Assembly: GCA_964187785.1 (NCBI GenBank)
Contig: OZ076409.1
Coordinates: forward strand, 53,756,001-53,820,000
Direction: 5' to 3'
Source of the DNA: Amphiscolops sp. MND2022
Taxonomy: Eukaryota
DNA length: 64,000 nucleotides
Below the pieces are notes generated by a model. The model searched no databases. It saw only the letters and a program-made list of their open reading frames with translations, and was not told the origin of the DNA. Shown in pieces: positions 13,528 to 25,649 of this stretch. The position numbers and the translations under genes are program-made. Position 1 is the first letter of the stretch. Every line of letters begins with the position of its first letter.

Positions 13528-14040
13528 AATATTTTGCAACAAATTGCAGGTTTGAAAAGTCCAAAGGACCTTTTTTACACTTTCAGCACTGTGAGACTGT
13601 TTCAAAATTCTTATTTTATGTCTGAAACTAAGTTTTTTCGATATATGTTCACCAAAACATTTTCTCAACAATATTCAAACTTCTGACGTTATATCCAAAC
13701 AATATCGCGTTTTACTAAAGCGGAGAAGAAGGCCAAGGTTCAAAAACAAGAGAACCTTTTCGTCCCAGCACAAAACTTTTGGGTGTTCCGACACTTTTTT
13801 GTGAGTTTCTCATTAAAAAATTTCCTGAGCACATTCTAATAACTTTGAGCCTTAAGTGGTACGCAGACTTGAGATGTTCCGGTCTTGTTCTAATTGCAAG
13901 ACTTATGAGCAACTCGTAAAATTATCGGATGCTTAATTTATTTGTGATCTGAATAATAAGCATTAGTTTTTTCATTTCCTGTCATGTCCAAAGCATGATG
14001 ACAGTATTGAAAACATTGGTGCAGCAGAAAGAATAGAACA

Positions 14041-14515
14041 AACAAGCTGGGACCGGCCCAAGTCGGCACCATATCTAAGGCTCAAAAATAGCAAAAAGAC
14101 TTCAAAGTGTCAAAGTATTCTCTTCTACAGCACCCGAAAATTTTTTTTGAAAAAAAGCCTCAAAATGCCGAAAAACTGAAACAGGGGACCCTTTGGTATT
14201 TTTCAACATCCATTCTGTCGCAAAAATTCCAAAAAATTGAAGGGGGACCCTTTGGGGATTTTTTTTCGAAAAAAGTCTCACAATGCCAAAAAAAACTGAA
14301 AAGGGGGACATTTTAGTCTCGCCCGGTATTGAATGATACGTGGAAAAAAAGGAAAACCTTTTTGGTTCAGTTTACTGGACCAACAGGTACAATTCAAGAT
14401 TTTGTAAAACTTTTGGTAGAACTATTTTGGTCACTTCAGGTGCATCGAGAAAAAACACTGACGAAAAGCCGTGACTACAGTCGACTCTCTTCTCAAGAAA
14501 AGCGCCGACTAAAAA
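14041..14515 (-). mobile_element. Helentron/DINE-like element, reverse orientation
   Basis: AACAAGCTGGGACCGGCCCAAGTCGGCACCATATCT ... AGCGCCGACTAAAAA. Confidence 0.6.
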
Positions 14516-14732
14516 TGAAAACTTAATGCATAAAAACGTGAACAAAGTCTGATGTTGTTACAAAACAGCGGTCATTCAACTTTCGAATACTTTTGATCAA
14601 AAATACCACTCATACTGACGCTATTAAATGTACAAGGTCCATTTACCTTTCAACTATTGAAAATTCGTAAAGACCTTTCTAGTGATGCTAGCACATGAAC
14701 AACGTTCACCAAACATATATCAAGGGGGGAAC

Positions 14733-14976
14733 GGAATAAGACCTAAGGAATAAGACCTAAATCGAAAACGGGAATAAGACATAAAGTAAAATTCATTTTT
14801 CAGGAATAACACCTAAAAATTTAGGTCTTATTCCTACTTTTTGAAAGAAGACCTATTAGAGAAATAAGACCTAAAAACGACAAACAAGACCTAAAGAAGT
14901 GGGAATTAGACCTAAAAACGACAAACAAGACCTAAAAAAGTGGGAATTAGACCTAAAAACGGGAATAAGACCTAAA
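14733..14976 (+). repeat. Left arm: tandem GGAATAAGACCTAA subterminal repeats
   Basis: About a dozen copies of (G)GAATAAGACCTAA with short spacers. Confidence 0.9.
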
Positions 14977-15310
14977 TGCGAAATGAGACCCATGGGGAGA
15001 ACAGAATAGTCTTTAAAGGAATAATATCTGAAGTTTTTTAAATTATGAAACGTGCCTCTGATATTTCCCCATTTCCTCTAGTGCCCCGCGGCCCCTTGGG
15101 GCCGCTTATGTTCCCATCTTGCTAAGCGAGGTCGAACAGGAGCAAAAACCTAGCGGAAACGGAGATCGCGAAGCGATCGTAGTGGGAGCTGGTCTTTGCG
15201 ACGGTGAGGGCGAGCGTGCATACACCAGATATGCCCCCACATTAGAAGCAGAAAGTACTGAAAATTTTGTGAGACATTTACGAAAGGTGATATTTTTTTC
15301 TTGAATAAAA

Positions 15311-15578
15311 TGTACTGACCTACAATTATAACCAATAGTATTTAGATGCTTATAGAATGTTCTAGAATGTACATTTATTTGTTATTGAATGATTGTAAAT
15401 CTCTACTCCTTCAGAGAGAGAAAACTAAAATTCAGTATTCAGTTGACTTCCTTTTTGTTCTACTCCTAACACCTCGGAATAGTTGTAATAAAGTAAGCTA
15501 GCTAGCCTGTCTCTCAGCCGCTTTTAGTAGTTGCGTATAAGACCATCAAAACAATAACCAACCATTAAAAGCAGCACA
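15311..15578 (+). repeat. 5' LTR (268 bp)
   Basis: TGTACTGACC...AAAAGCAGCACA; 4 mismatches to 33445-33712; contains AATAAA. Confidence 0.95.
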
Positions 15579-15581
15579 ATT

Positions 15582-15594
15582 TGGCGCGACTTGT
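15582..15594 (+). promoter_or_regulatory. Putative primer-binding site
   Basis: TGGCGCGACTTG starts 3 nt after the LTR end (TGG complements tRNA CCA). Cognate tRNA not identified. Confidence 0.6.
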
Positions 15595-15819
15595 AAAATT
15601 TTTCTTTTGCCTTTTCTCCTGGATGATTTCTCTTCTCTCAACAATCATACAAATACCACTCTCCATATTTGAAATTCTCTGGAATTGCAGTGAAATCTTT
15701 CTAGAATTTCTTGAAAGTTTGGTCTGTGACTTTCTAAATTTCATTACCAAATACATCATCGTTCGAAACACAATTTCTCCACTACAACAATCAATTTTAA
15801 TATAACAAATTCTCTTCAA

Positions 15820-16100
15820 TACCGGTTTATCACGTTTTCTAACACGTTGACACGGTTCTTCTTCCTGTTCTTCTAGCCAACCGGTTTATCACGTTTTCCA
15901 ATACGTTGAAACGGATTCATTGCAGACTGATTTATCCATTGTGACACAGTTCTGTTTTTCTTCTTTTTCCAGACTGATTTATCCAAAGTGACACAGTTCT
16001 GTTCTCCGTACTGATTTATCACAGCTAATCCGGAAGCTTGTTGAAACAGTTCTCTGATGTTTGTCTGGTTTATCAAGGTTTTCTAACACCTTTGACACAG
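15820..16100. repeat. Short tandem duplications in the 5' leader of the giant Gypsy element
   Basis: ACCGGTTTATCACGTTTTC at ~15821 and ~15880 with a diverged copy at ~16066. CAGACTGATTTATCCA..GTGACACAGTTCTGTT at ~15923 and ~15970. Confidence 0.75.
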
Positions 16101-17455
16101 CAACTTTCTTCAATCCTGCTATCTTGAACGTCAGGTGGACTCCTGGTGTAATAGTTGACTGAGTGCATGTCCAACTCCGCTCACCTATAAGCACATACGT
16201 CTCAAGATCAACTTCGTGTTGGCAGAAAACCTGGATTTTCTACTTTTACGTTTCGGATCCCCTTTCTACAAAATTTCCTACAAAAAAATTTCAGAAATAG
16301 ACTCTGAAAACAAAAAAAGGCAACCAAGACTAACTATCAAAAACAACCACGCACTATTCCCTTTCTTTCCCTTTTGTCGACAAACAATTCAAATAAATTC
16401 ACAAAACTTAAATAATACACATAACTTCAAAAATGTTTTCAACAACCAACAAAAAGAACAATAACAAATAAACTCAAACTTACATCAAGTACTTCCAATA
16501 ATAATAATAATTTTAACATAATTCTACAAAACAATTATTTTAACAAAATACAACATACAATTTTCACAACTCTTTTGCTTTAAAACTTAAAATAAGGCAT
16601 GTAAAAAACACAAACAAAGTAAAGTTAGTTTTCTACTTTCAGGCACCCACAATTCCTATTCCCTCCCGTAAGACTTAGCCAATCAGATAGCCTCACCAGC
16701 GTACTTTGATTCTAAGACTGACTAAAAACCTTAGTTAAGTGTAAACGTTTTTAAGGAGAATCGAGAAGACACCGAACTACGTTCGAATCTTCAAAATTCT
16801 CAAGAAGTAAAAGTAAAAGTAAAAGAAACAAAGATCAAATTTTGATCTTGATCAGTATTGATCAGACTTTAGATAGTGGACGTTGATTGTTCAGAGTTCC
16901 ACTCCTTTAGTCTTAAAACACACAACCCACTTAAAATTAAAACAACCTTAGTTTTTCTGGACGTGTCAGTAACCTTATGTTAGACACCTTAAAGTGATCC
17001 AGACTTAAAATAACATTTAGTTTCTGTTAGCAATCCTTTGCGGTTGAATACAGATCCTACTGCACCCGCTTATTTCTTCTCTATCCCAAAATATTAACTT
17101 CTCAAATGACTTCAAATTACAATACAACCTATATGAACCCAAACCAAGAATTTTATCCTTTCAACTTTTACATTCCACCAATTAGCTCACTTTAAAACCC
17201 AAACGAATTTGAAAGATTAATTGAACGATATCAACGATATTTCTTCTTTATCATAAATCAACAAAGAAATTACCCAAGAGCTCGAACTTAGAAAATCTTT
17301 ATACAAGACATTCTAACGTTATAACCTTCACATTACAACATGTGGGAAAAGGTTACCACAGTAGTACTCATTACAACATACACGTTTTGTGTCTTATTTA
17401 TAGTTTGTGTTCTTCTTGAAAAAATACTTACAGTGATAAGAGATAAACTTTAAAA

Positions 17456-20314
17456 TTGTCCTCAACGACAACCCCTCTACCTTTCCAAACTCCCGCCATT
17501 AAAAATGCAAAAGTTGTAAAATTAGAACTAAACCCATTTCTACAAAACATTCTTTCACATTATACACAACCACTCCCATTTGAAAATGAACCACACACAA
17601 TTGAAACAATCCCTCTTATTAGAGAACATTTGGACACAAACCTTTTCTATATTAGATATAAAGTTTTAACAATCACCGAAGAATACCCAACTTTTCAAAT
17701 ATCCTTTCCTCAACAAAAATTCAACTCATCTCATATATACAGAAGAACAATAAACCCAATAAACCTTCAAGTTCCTATTAAACAAGTTTTTCATGCTTTT
17801 CTAAATAATATAAAAGACCACAGTTCAGCACACGAAATTCCAAAATATAGTCCAAATGCACTCGACGATCTTCAACGATACATAGACAATTTTGACGTAG
17901 AAATTATTGAAACATTGGTTAATCCTGAAGACAACCCTCATCATTGGTTACAAGCTGATATATTACGAATTCAAAATTTCATCTACCACTACTTCAAAGA
18001 CCTAACATTAAATGACCAAACAATTCCTCAGATCAAAGTAATATCTTTATTTCTCAGAAAATATTTCAGATTTACTTACCAATTATTATGGTCTCAACAA
18101 GATCAATCTGCTTTTACAGAATTTCCAGATCAATTTACATCAGAAGAATGTTTACCATTCATCATCAGTGAACAAAATGAACACCCTTATTTTCATAGAC
18201 CACAAAAAATTACAAAACAAACCTTAGATTACATACGTTTCGATCCTCTATTAATTACAGAAAATGATCTATTCCCAGATATTAGACCTTACCACTATCA
18301 ACAAAATTCTCAAGATCAACAAAATTTACATTTTAACACTAACAATTCTACTGAAGATAATAACACCGATCAAGAAGATACAACCCAACAACAAAATCAA
18401 CCTGATAACTATAACGATAATGAGTTTACTACCCAAGAATCTACAATCTCAACATATAATCCATCACAAACAGGGACATCAACATCAGTACATACTCACT
18501 CCTTTAGAGTTCCAACTAGAGGTATAAATCAAAGACAAAATATACATAGTCCTCAATCTCATTTAGATACATCTCCAAACCGTAATATAACTTTTAACCT
18601 TCCACATACAGATGACATAAATGATGAAACCCATGATACATTACAATATACATCTAGTACTCAGAATACTTCTGCTAATGTTGCATCTCCAAGAAGAACT
18701 ACCTCTGATTCTACAAGATACATTACCCGACCTAGATATGATCCTCCATCAATTCCCTCCGCTTTTCGCTCAAACCGATCAACCATTTCTAGTAACAATT
18801 TTAATGATAATCCTCAAACTTCCAACCGATATTACGATCCATTTAATTATAACTTTTATCCTCCATCAAACACAACTACCAATACAAATATAAACCAAAA
18901 CCACTCTCAAATTAATACAATTTCAACAACACAAAATCCCTTCATACAATTATCAAATACCAATACGTCCCAGAATATATATTCTCAAAATCGAGGAACC
19001 TCGTGTACTTCCATTTCTTATTCTAATACTACACAGGATTTTCAAAGAAGACTTCATAATCCTCCACTCACACATATACCAACTGATCCACTATATCAAA
19101 CGCATTCAAATCCAAATCCTAACCCTAATCCTAACCCATTACCACCAAATACAATCCAATATATACCTCCACCACTCACACAACAATTAGCTCCGCCACC
19201 CCAATATTTCCCAATGCCGCAAGACATCTTTATAAACATGTCCGCTTCAATACCAGAACCTATGAAACCTTTTGATGGTTTGGACCATTCTTACGCCCCC
19301 GGAGAATATCTACAACAAGTCGAAGCAAGCTTAACCTTCGCCATAGGTGAAGAACCTCAAAATAATCCTATAAAATACAAATCTTGGCATAATAGACGCA
19401 TGGCTTACATACAATGTTCATTAATAGGAACAGCTCTCGATTGGTACACTAACCTCCATATATCATATAAACAACAATGGAATTCCTTTGTACAACTATT
19501 CAAAAAACAATTCTCATCTCAAAAAACTGCTTACTACGCTCAAGTAGAAGCTATGTCACTCATGAAAAAGGATAATGAAACAGTTCGCCACTTTGCCCTT
19601 AGAGTACAACAATTAGTTAAAAAGGGATGGTGTAATGAAAATGCAGCTACCATAAATCTCAAAAATAATGAAATCTTTACAAAAGGATTACCAAAAAAGT
19701 TAAAAGATTTTGCCCATAAACGACAAGTTAAACATGTATCAACATTACTTGAACCTTCAATACCATTTCATACACTTGTTAGACATGTCGACTCAGGAGA
19801 TATTGCTAATGAAAAAATCAGAACTAACGACTTAGCCCTAGAAATAAATAAAGTATCGCTTGAAGACGATACTAACAAAAAAGAATTTGAATACGAAGAT
19901 CAGATAATGGTTACTCAAACTGGAGACCCAAATAACAAAAGCAAACCAGCGTATAGAAAATATTGTTCCTATTGTCATAAAAATAATCATAGTATTTCAA
20001 ATTGTTATCAAAAACAACGTGATGACGAATACCAGAAATACAATAAACAAAGATCACGAACTCCTCAACAATCCTTTGTACAATATTTTCGCAGTAAACC
20101 TAATAATCCTCAGGAAAATCGAAATGAAAATACAAACTCTTATTCCTCAGATAATGATCGTAATAAATATAATCAAAACTACTATAATGATAGATACAGA
20201 AACAATGATAGATATCGTAGCAATAGTAAAGAATATTCGCAAAACAACTATAGATCAAACTCTCGACAAAAATATTATAATCGATCCCGAAGTCCGTATA
20301 GATCTCGATTTTGA
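17456..20314 (+). CDS. gag: Gag-like polyprotein with a long N-terminal extension, an N/Q/T/P-rich linker, a retrotransposon capsid domain, a CCHC knuckle and the start of an RS/RY-rich tail
   Basis: 952-aa ORF containing PFDG...YLQQVE, LIGTALDWY, W..FVQLFKKQF, ETVRHFALRV (Gypsy gag core) and CSYCHKNNHSISNC. Confidence 0.85.
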   Translation: MSSTTTPLPFQTPAIKNAKVVKLELNPFLQNILSHYTQPLPFENEPHTIETIPLIREHLDTNLFYIRYKVLTITEEYPTFQISFPQQKFNSSHIYRRTINPINLQVPIKQVFHAFLNNIKDHSSAHEIPKYSPNALDDLQRYIDNFDVEIIETLVNPEDNPHHWLQADILRIQNFIYHYFKDLTLNDQTIPQIKVISLFLRKYFRFTYQLLWSQQDQSAFTEFPDQFTSEECLPFIISEQNEHPYFHRPQKITKQTLDYIRFDPLLITENDLFPDIRPYHYQQNSQDQQNLHFNTNNSTEDNNTDQEDTTQQQNQPDNYNDNEFTTQESTISTYNPSQTGTSTSVHTHSFRVPTRGINQRQNIHSPQSHLDTSPNRNITFNLPHTDDINDETHDTLQYTSSTQNTSANVASPRRTTSDSTRYITRPRYDPPSIPSAFRSNRSTISSNNFNDNPQTSNRYYDPFNYNFYPPSNTTTNTNINQNHSQINTISTTQNPFIQLSNTNTSQNIYSQNRGTSCTSISYSNTTQDFQRRLHNPPLTHIPTDPLYQTHSNPNPNPNPNPLPPNTIQYIPPPLTQQLAPPPQYFPMPQDIFINMSASIPEPMKPFDGLDHSYAPGEYLQQVEASLTFAIGEEPQNNPIKYKSWHNRRMAYIQCSLIGTALDWYTNLHISYKQQWNSFVQLFKKQFSSQKTAYYAQVEAMSLMKKDNETVRHFALRVQQLVKKGWCNENAATINLKNNEIFTKGLPKKLKDFAHKRQVKHVSTLLEPSIPFHTLVRHVDSGDIANEKIRTNDLALEINKVSLEDDTNKKEFEYEDQIMVTQTGDPNNKSKPAYRKYCSYCHKNNHSISNCYQKQRDDEYQKYNKQRSRTPQQSFVQYFRSKPNNPQENRNENTNSYSSDNDRNKYNQNYYNDRYRNNDRYRSNSKEYSQNNYRSNSRQKYYNRSRSPYRSRF

Positions 20315-23300
20315 TAATTATTATCAAAGAAGAACTCCATCTAGATCTCCATATAGATCTCCATACAGAAATAACTCAAATTACAGATATAATTCTCGCT
20401 CAAGATACCGATCTCGTTCTCAATCACAAGGAAACTCCTTTAAACGATATAATTACCCATATAGATCTCCATCAAGACCTAGAGATTTTAGATCAAGATC
20501 TAGAACACCCTCAAGAAACAGACAACAAAACAGAATAAATCAAGTAGACGTTAAAACCCCAAAAGAAATTGATAGTACAAAATTTGAAATCCACACCTGT
20601 CAAATGACTGAAATAGCTAATACAATCACCCCTTATAGTTGGCTTTATCCACTATATATTCACACCTCTGAAACAAATGACAACATATTACTTTCAAAAT
20701 TAGAAATCTTATTCCTTTTAGATACTGGAGCTTCCATATCTGTTTTGAATTTACCAACATTTCATGTAATTTCCAAACAATTAAACATCAATGTTCCAAC
20801 TAACCTCCAAAACAAAAGAGCCAAAACTCTTACAGTTGCAAACCAAACTGAAGTACCAATAATACATTATATTTCGATGACTTGTTTCACTGAAGTAAAT
20901 CACAAAACAAGATCCTTCAATATCGATTTTGCTGTAGCAAATATCAAATACAACATTCTTGGAACACCCTTTTTCAAAAAGCACATCCAAAATATTGATT
21001 TTCAACAAAACATTATGACGTACACAGAACAACATCCAAAGCTTTCAACAAAAACCACATTTTCTACATTTACAGAAAAAGATTATCCATATATTTCTTA
21101 CATTTATATAATTAAATGTAAGGAACCAATTCACTTTAAACCAAGATCAGGAAAAACCATACATTTCCCAATTAAAAACTATTCAAATCTACATTTTGAA
21201 CTCGAAGATAGTACGAAGTTCTACCCAACAAACCCATATACATATTTCTTACAAAAATTTAAAAATATCTTTCATTTCTTAGACATGATAGTCAATGAAA
21301 AAAGCAAAGACTCATGTGCAACTATAATACAAAACTTTACATCTTACCCAGCTACATTACCACGAGGAATTATTGGATATATAGAAATACCTATTACGCA
21401 AACAACTCCTCCTCACTACAGAGTTAACGATGTAAATTCACTCATTCACTCTGTAATACATGCATATCACCCTGATACGACAACCCCGATTAAACAAAAT
21501 CCATATACAGATATGAACTTATGTACTAGGGTAATACCACAATCCCTATTAGGAATAAACAAGATAGAAATTAACGACAAAACACTTCAACTTCCTATAC
21601 CTTCTGTTACTGGAAACCTTCGACCTTCAGATAAAATTCGAAAAGATTTCCCTCCATTACCCTATTCTACAGAAAACCAACAATTCATAAAGAAGTTCAA
21701 TTTCGAATACTCAGATTTAACCGATACAGAATATGTAAATCTCTGCAATATTCTAATTAACAACCAAAATTGTTACGCCAAACGTAAAAACGACGTAGGA
21801 AAGATTTCTACTCCTTTTCGAATTAGAATAAAAGATAATTGTAAACTTCACACACAAAGACCTTCTAAAGTACCTATCCACTATAGAGATATACTAAATA
21901 AACTTTTACTAGAACTCGAAAAATACAACATCATAAAACAAATTGGTTCAACAACAGATGAAAAACATACTATTGGAACAACATTTTTAAACCCTTTAAT
22001 TATTATCCCAAAAGGAGACGCAATAAAAGTTGTTTTAGACGCAAGACATCTAAACTCAAACACTAACCAAGAACTTGAATCTTGACCTATTGAACCTTTA
22101 GCTCCTCAATTAGCTAGAGCAAATAAAAAATACAAATCAACTATTGATCTAATGTATGCATATGCTCATACACCATTAGATGAAGAAACAATTAAACTTA
22201 CAGGATTTTCATCCGGTGACAAATTATACGCCTTTATCCGTGGATTTTACGGATTAAAAGGACTTCCAAACTTTTTCACAAAACAAATGTCAACTTTCTT
22301 TAGATCACTTATAGACAAACGTTCTGCGTTAGTTTATATAGATGATATTCTATTACTCGCAAATGAAAAACAAGAAATGTTTGAACTTATAAAAGAATTA
22401 CATACAATAGCATCTCGAGAAAATCTCAAACTTGCACCTGAAAAATCGTTCTACATGTTACTCAAAGTAAATTTCCTTGGACATGAAATTGGTAACAACA
22501 CAATCAAGCCAATTCCATCCAAAATTGAAGCTATTAAAAGAATCCCATCACCAAAAGAAAAGAAAGATGTTATGCAATTTCTTGGCAGTGTTAACTTTTA
22601 TTCAAAATTCATTGAAAAACTTCATATAAACCTTAAACCATTGTATACATTACTACATGATGATGTTAAATTTCAATGGACACCTGAATTAGAAAAACTA
22701 TTTCAAAATGTTAAAAACGCAATGACAGCAGACACTGAATTAACAATACCCAACACCACGCATCCATTTTTTATAACAGTAGATGCTTCGTTAGTAGGTT
22801 TAGGCGCAGTCTTATTCCAAATGAACGAAGAAAATAAGATGGAAGTAATCTCTTATAACTCCAGAATTCTCAATACACAAGAACAAAAACTTTCAACTTT
22901 AGATAGAGAACTTCTTGCAATAGTTTACGCATTACAAATATATGAATTTTTGATCATTGGATCTCCTCATCCTATATATCTCTTCACAGATCACAAGCCT
23001 TTACTACATTGTTTCGCAAAGAAAGGAAATCTTAGTCCTAGATTCTATAGAGCACAAATGCAATTAACCAAATTCTCCAAATTAAAAATCATTCATACCC
23101 CTGGAAAAAATTTAACTGTAGCAGATATGCTTCCAAGAACCTTTACAAAAGAACAGCTACAAGTACACCAATTACGACACAAACAATTACCACCTCAAAT
23201 AGATTTCTCTATCATGAAAGATAATCAACTCAAACCAGTACATTATTTAGTAAAACATGAAGAAATAAAATATAATCAAAAAAAATGATTGTCATCCTAT

Positions 23301-25475
23301 CCTTGCTGACTACGGAGACGACCAATTCTCCATCCGTATAAATAACAAAGGAGAAGATATACATATAAAGCCTTTAGATTCCTTCTCTTTTCAATCTATT
23401 GTTCCATTCGAATCAAAATATAAAAGGCCTACAAAAAAACAAGCAAAATCTCTTTCACACCAATCGACAATTCTTAATGATACCGACATTCTTAGTGATG
23501 AAGATGAAATAACACCATCAAATAATATCCAACAACAAAACTCGAACATAGTAAAAGAATACACCCTTGCTATACAATATCCTACCAAATCTGACTATTG
23601 TACACAACAAGTTCCATTTTTTGATCCGTCCTTTTTCAAATACAAAAAATATTTCTTCCTACCAGAAGATACACAAATAACCATTGAAACAATAAAAACT
23701 CAACAAAAACAAGATACTGTCTTACAAAAGGTTTACCAATGGATACTTAATAATGAAAGACCCTTACAAATAGACCCAACAATTGCAGCTAACTCTTTCT
23801 TATTAGTCTATTACAAACTCTTCAACCAATTATATATTAATCATGATACAAAAATTATTCACATAGATTATCCTAATCTTCACGATTCCAACCCGAATCA
23901 AAGAGACAAAATATGTCTACCATTTAAACTTTTCCACACAGCTTTTAACAAACTTCATGCTCATGGAGATTCAGGAATAAAAATATCCATCAAAGCTTTC
24001 AACCAATTTTACTTCATACCGTACCTGAATAAATGGATGTCAATATTCATCCATGATTGCATTGAATGCCAACAAAATAAACATATTAACTAAAAATTAC
24101 AAATTGCATCTATACAAACCTTCTCAGAAAATGCTTCATATTTTAATTACCGAATATCAATGGATACAAAAGGACCTATAAATCCACCATCAAATCAAAA
24201 TTCATACATTCACGTTATAGTAGACGCTTTTAGTCACTTTGTAGTAACAGTACCCATAAAACAAAATAATGCTCAAAACGCTGTTAACTCATTACTACAT
24301 CATTGGATAACAAAATTTGGACCTCCTGTATACCTAGTTACCGACCGTGGAACAGAATATATTAATTCAGAATTTGCAAATCTTTGTACCACAATGGGAA
24401 TTAGACATTCACCAAGAACTCCTTATGCACCATGGACAAATGGTTTAGTTGAAAATCAAAACAGAAATCTTGGAACTCATCTCAGACTTTTCTTACATAA
24501 CACTCCAGAAAATTGGTCAACTCAAGTCCATATGTATGCTTATGCACATAATTCACAACCACTTTCTGAATTAAACTTATCTCCATATGAAATAGTATTC
24601 CATACTAATACCCAGAATTCCAATCAACTTTGAACTCAATCTCCAAAGAGATACATATAGAAATTGTACTTCTCAATATTGTCAAGAATTACCACTTCAT
24701 ACACACTATGACAAATCAAATCTAAACCCTTTCTTTCATGAAATTTTAGCTAAACCAATTCCACAATGGATCTTAGCTACTGAAACTGCTATGATACAGA
24801 TATACCATACGGTATATGAAAACACAAAAAGAAAGATTAATTCCTATGCTTATTTTAACAAAACATATCACAATCCAAGACCCTTAGATATTGGTACATT
24901 TGTACTAAAAAGAAATTTTCTCCATGTTCATTTTTCCGATAAATTAAAACCTCTCAGAATTGGCCCATTCAAAATTATTAACAAACTCTCCGATATAACA
25001 TATGAAATTGTTAATCAAGATGGTTATACATCGCACATACATAGAAATCATTTAATTCCTTATTATCCAAAAGAACCAGTTATTTTCCCTTTCATACAAC
25101 AATATAACCCTCATTTATTTAATGACTGTCATTCAAATACAAATGATCAAATAATTAATTCTGATGAAGACAAATTTACAGACGAAGAACAATTTCCTTC
25201 CACAACATTTAATAAAGAAACGGATATACCATCCACGATTGACTTACAACCAGAACCATTTAACCAATATTCTTCATTTCCATATAAACAAAAAGAACAA
25301 ATTCCTCAAAATACCTCCCTGGATAACCAATCAGATATTCATGATTATGATAATTTTATTAATCCCTGAAGACACTCCTATAATAGATACAATTTACGCC
25401 CACAACCAAGAAAAGACTACCGACTCTTTCTTGGTGAAAAGGATATAATTTCACTTTCTCAAAAATCCTGCTGAA
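20019..25475 (+). pseudogene. pol: Pol (aspartic protease, RT, RNase H, integrase), disrupted
   Basis: LLDTGAS (PR), VYIDDILL (RT), TVDASLVGLGAVL and TDHKPL (RNase H), HAHG..CIEC, SMDTKGP, VTDRGTEY and NGLVE (IN), GPF motif and C-terminal RYNLR. In-frame stops at ~22083 and ~24091; frameshifts at ~23285 and ~24610. Confidence 0.92.
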
Positions 25476-25649
25476 ATACGGAATACAGAAAGAAATACAC
25501 ACAAAGAAAGTTTGAAAGAAAGAAAAAGTTTGAAGCTTAATACGAAAATAAATGAAATTTATTTCACGAATGAGAATAAAAGAAAGAAATTCTAATTGAT
25601 ATAAAACTATAACTATTTTACAAGCTGAAACTAACTATCATAACACAAC

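Noticed and set aside
783..14526. Many 60-130 aa ORFs rich in F/K
   Set aside because: They are translations of A/T-tract repeats with no protein motifs.
14733..14976. Short repeats with spacers resembling a CRISPR array
   Set aside because: Spacers are very short and irregular, the array is mirrored at 33950-34197 as a transposon arm, the context is eukaryotic and there are no cas genes.
15565..16194. Hydrophobic sense ORF and antisense ORFs in the Gypsy leader
   Set aside because: Short, frame-discontinuous and explicable by the tandem duplications and base bias. An antisense accessory gene cannot be excluded but is unsupported.
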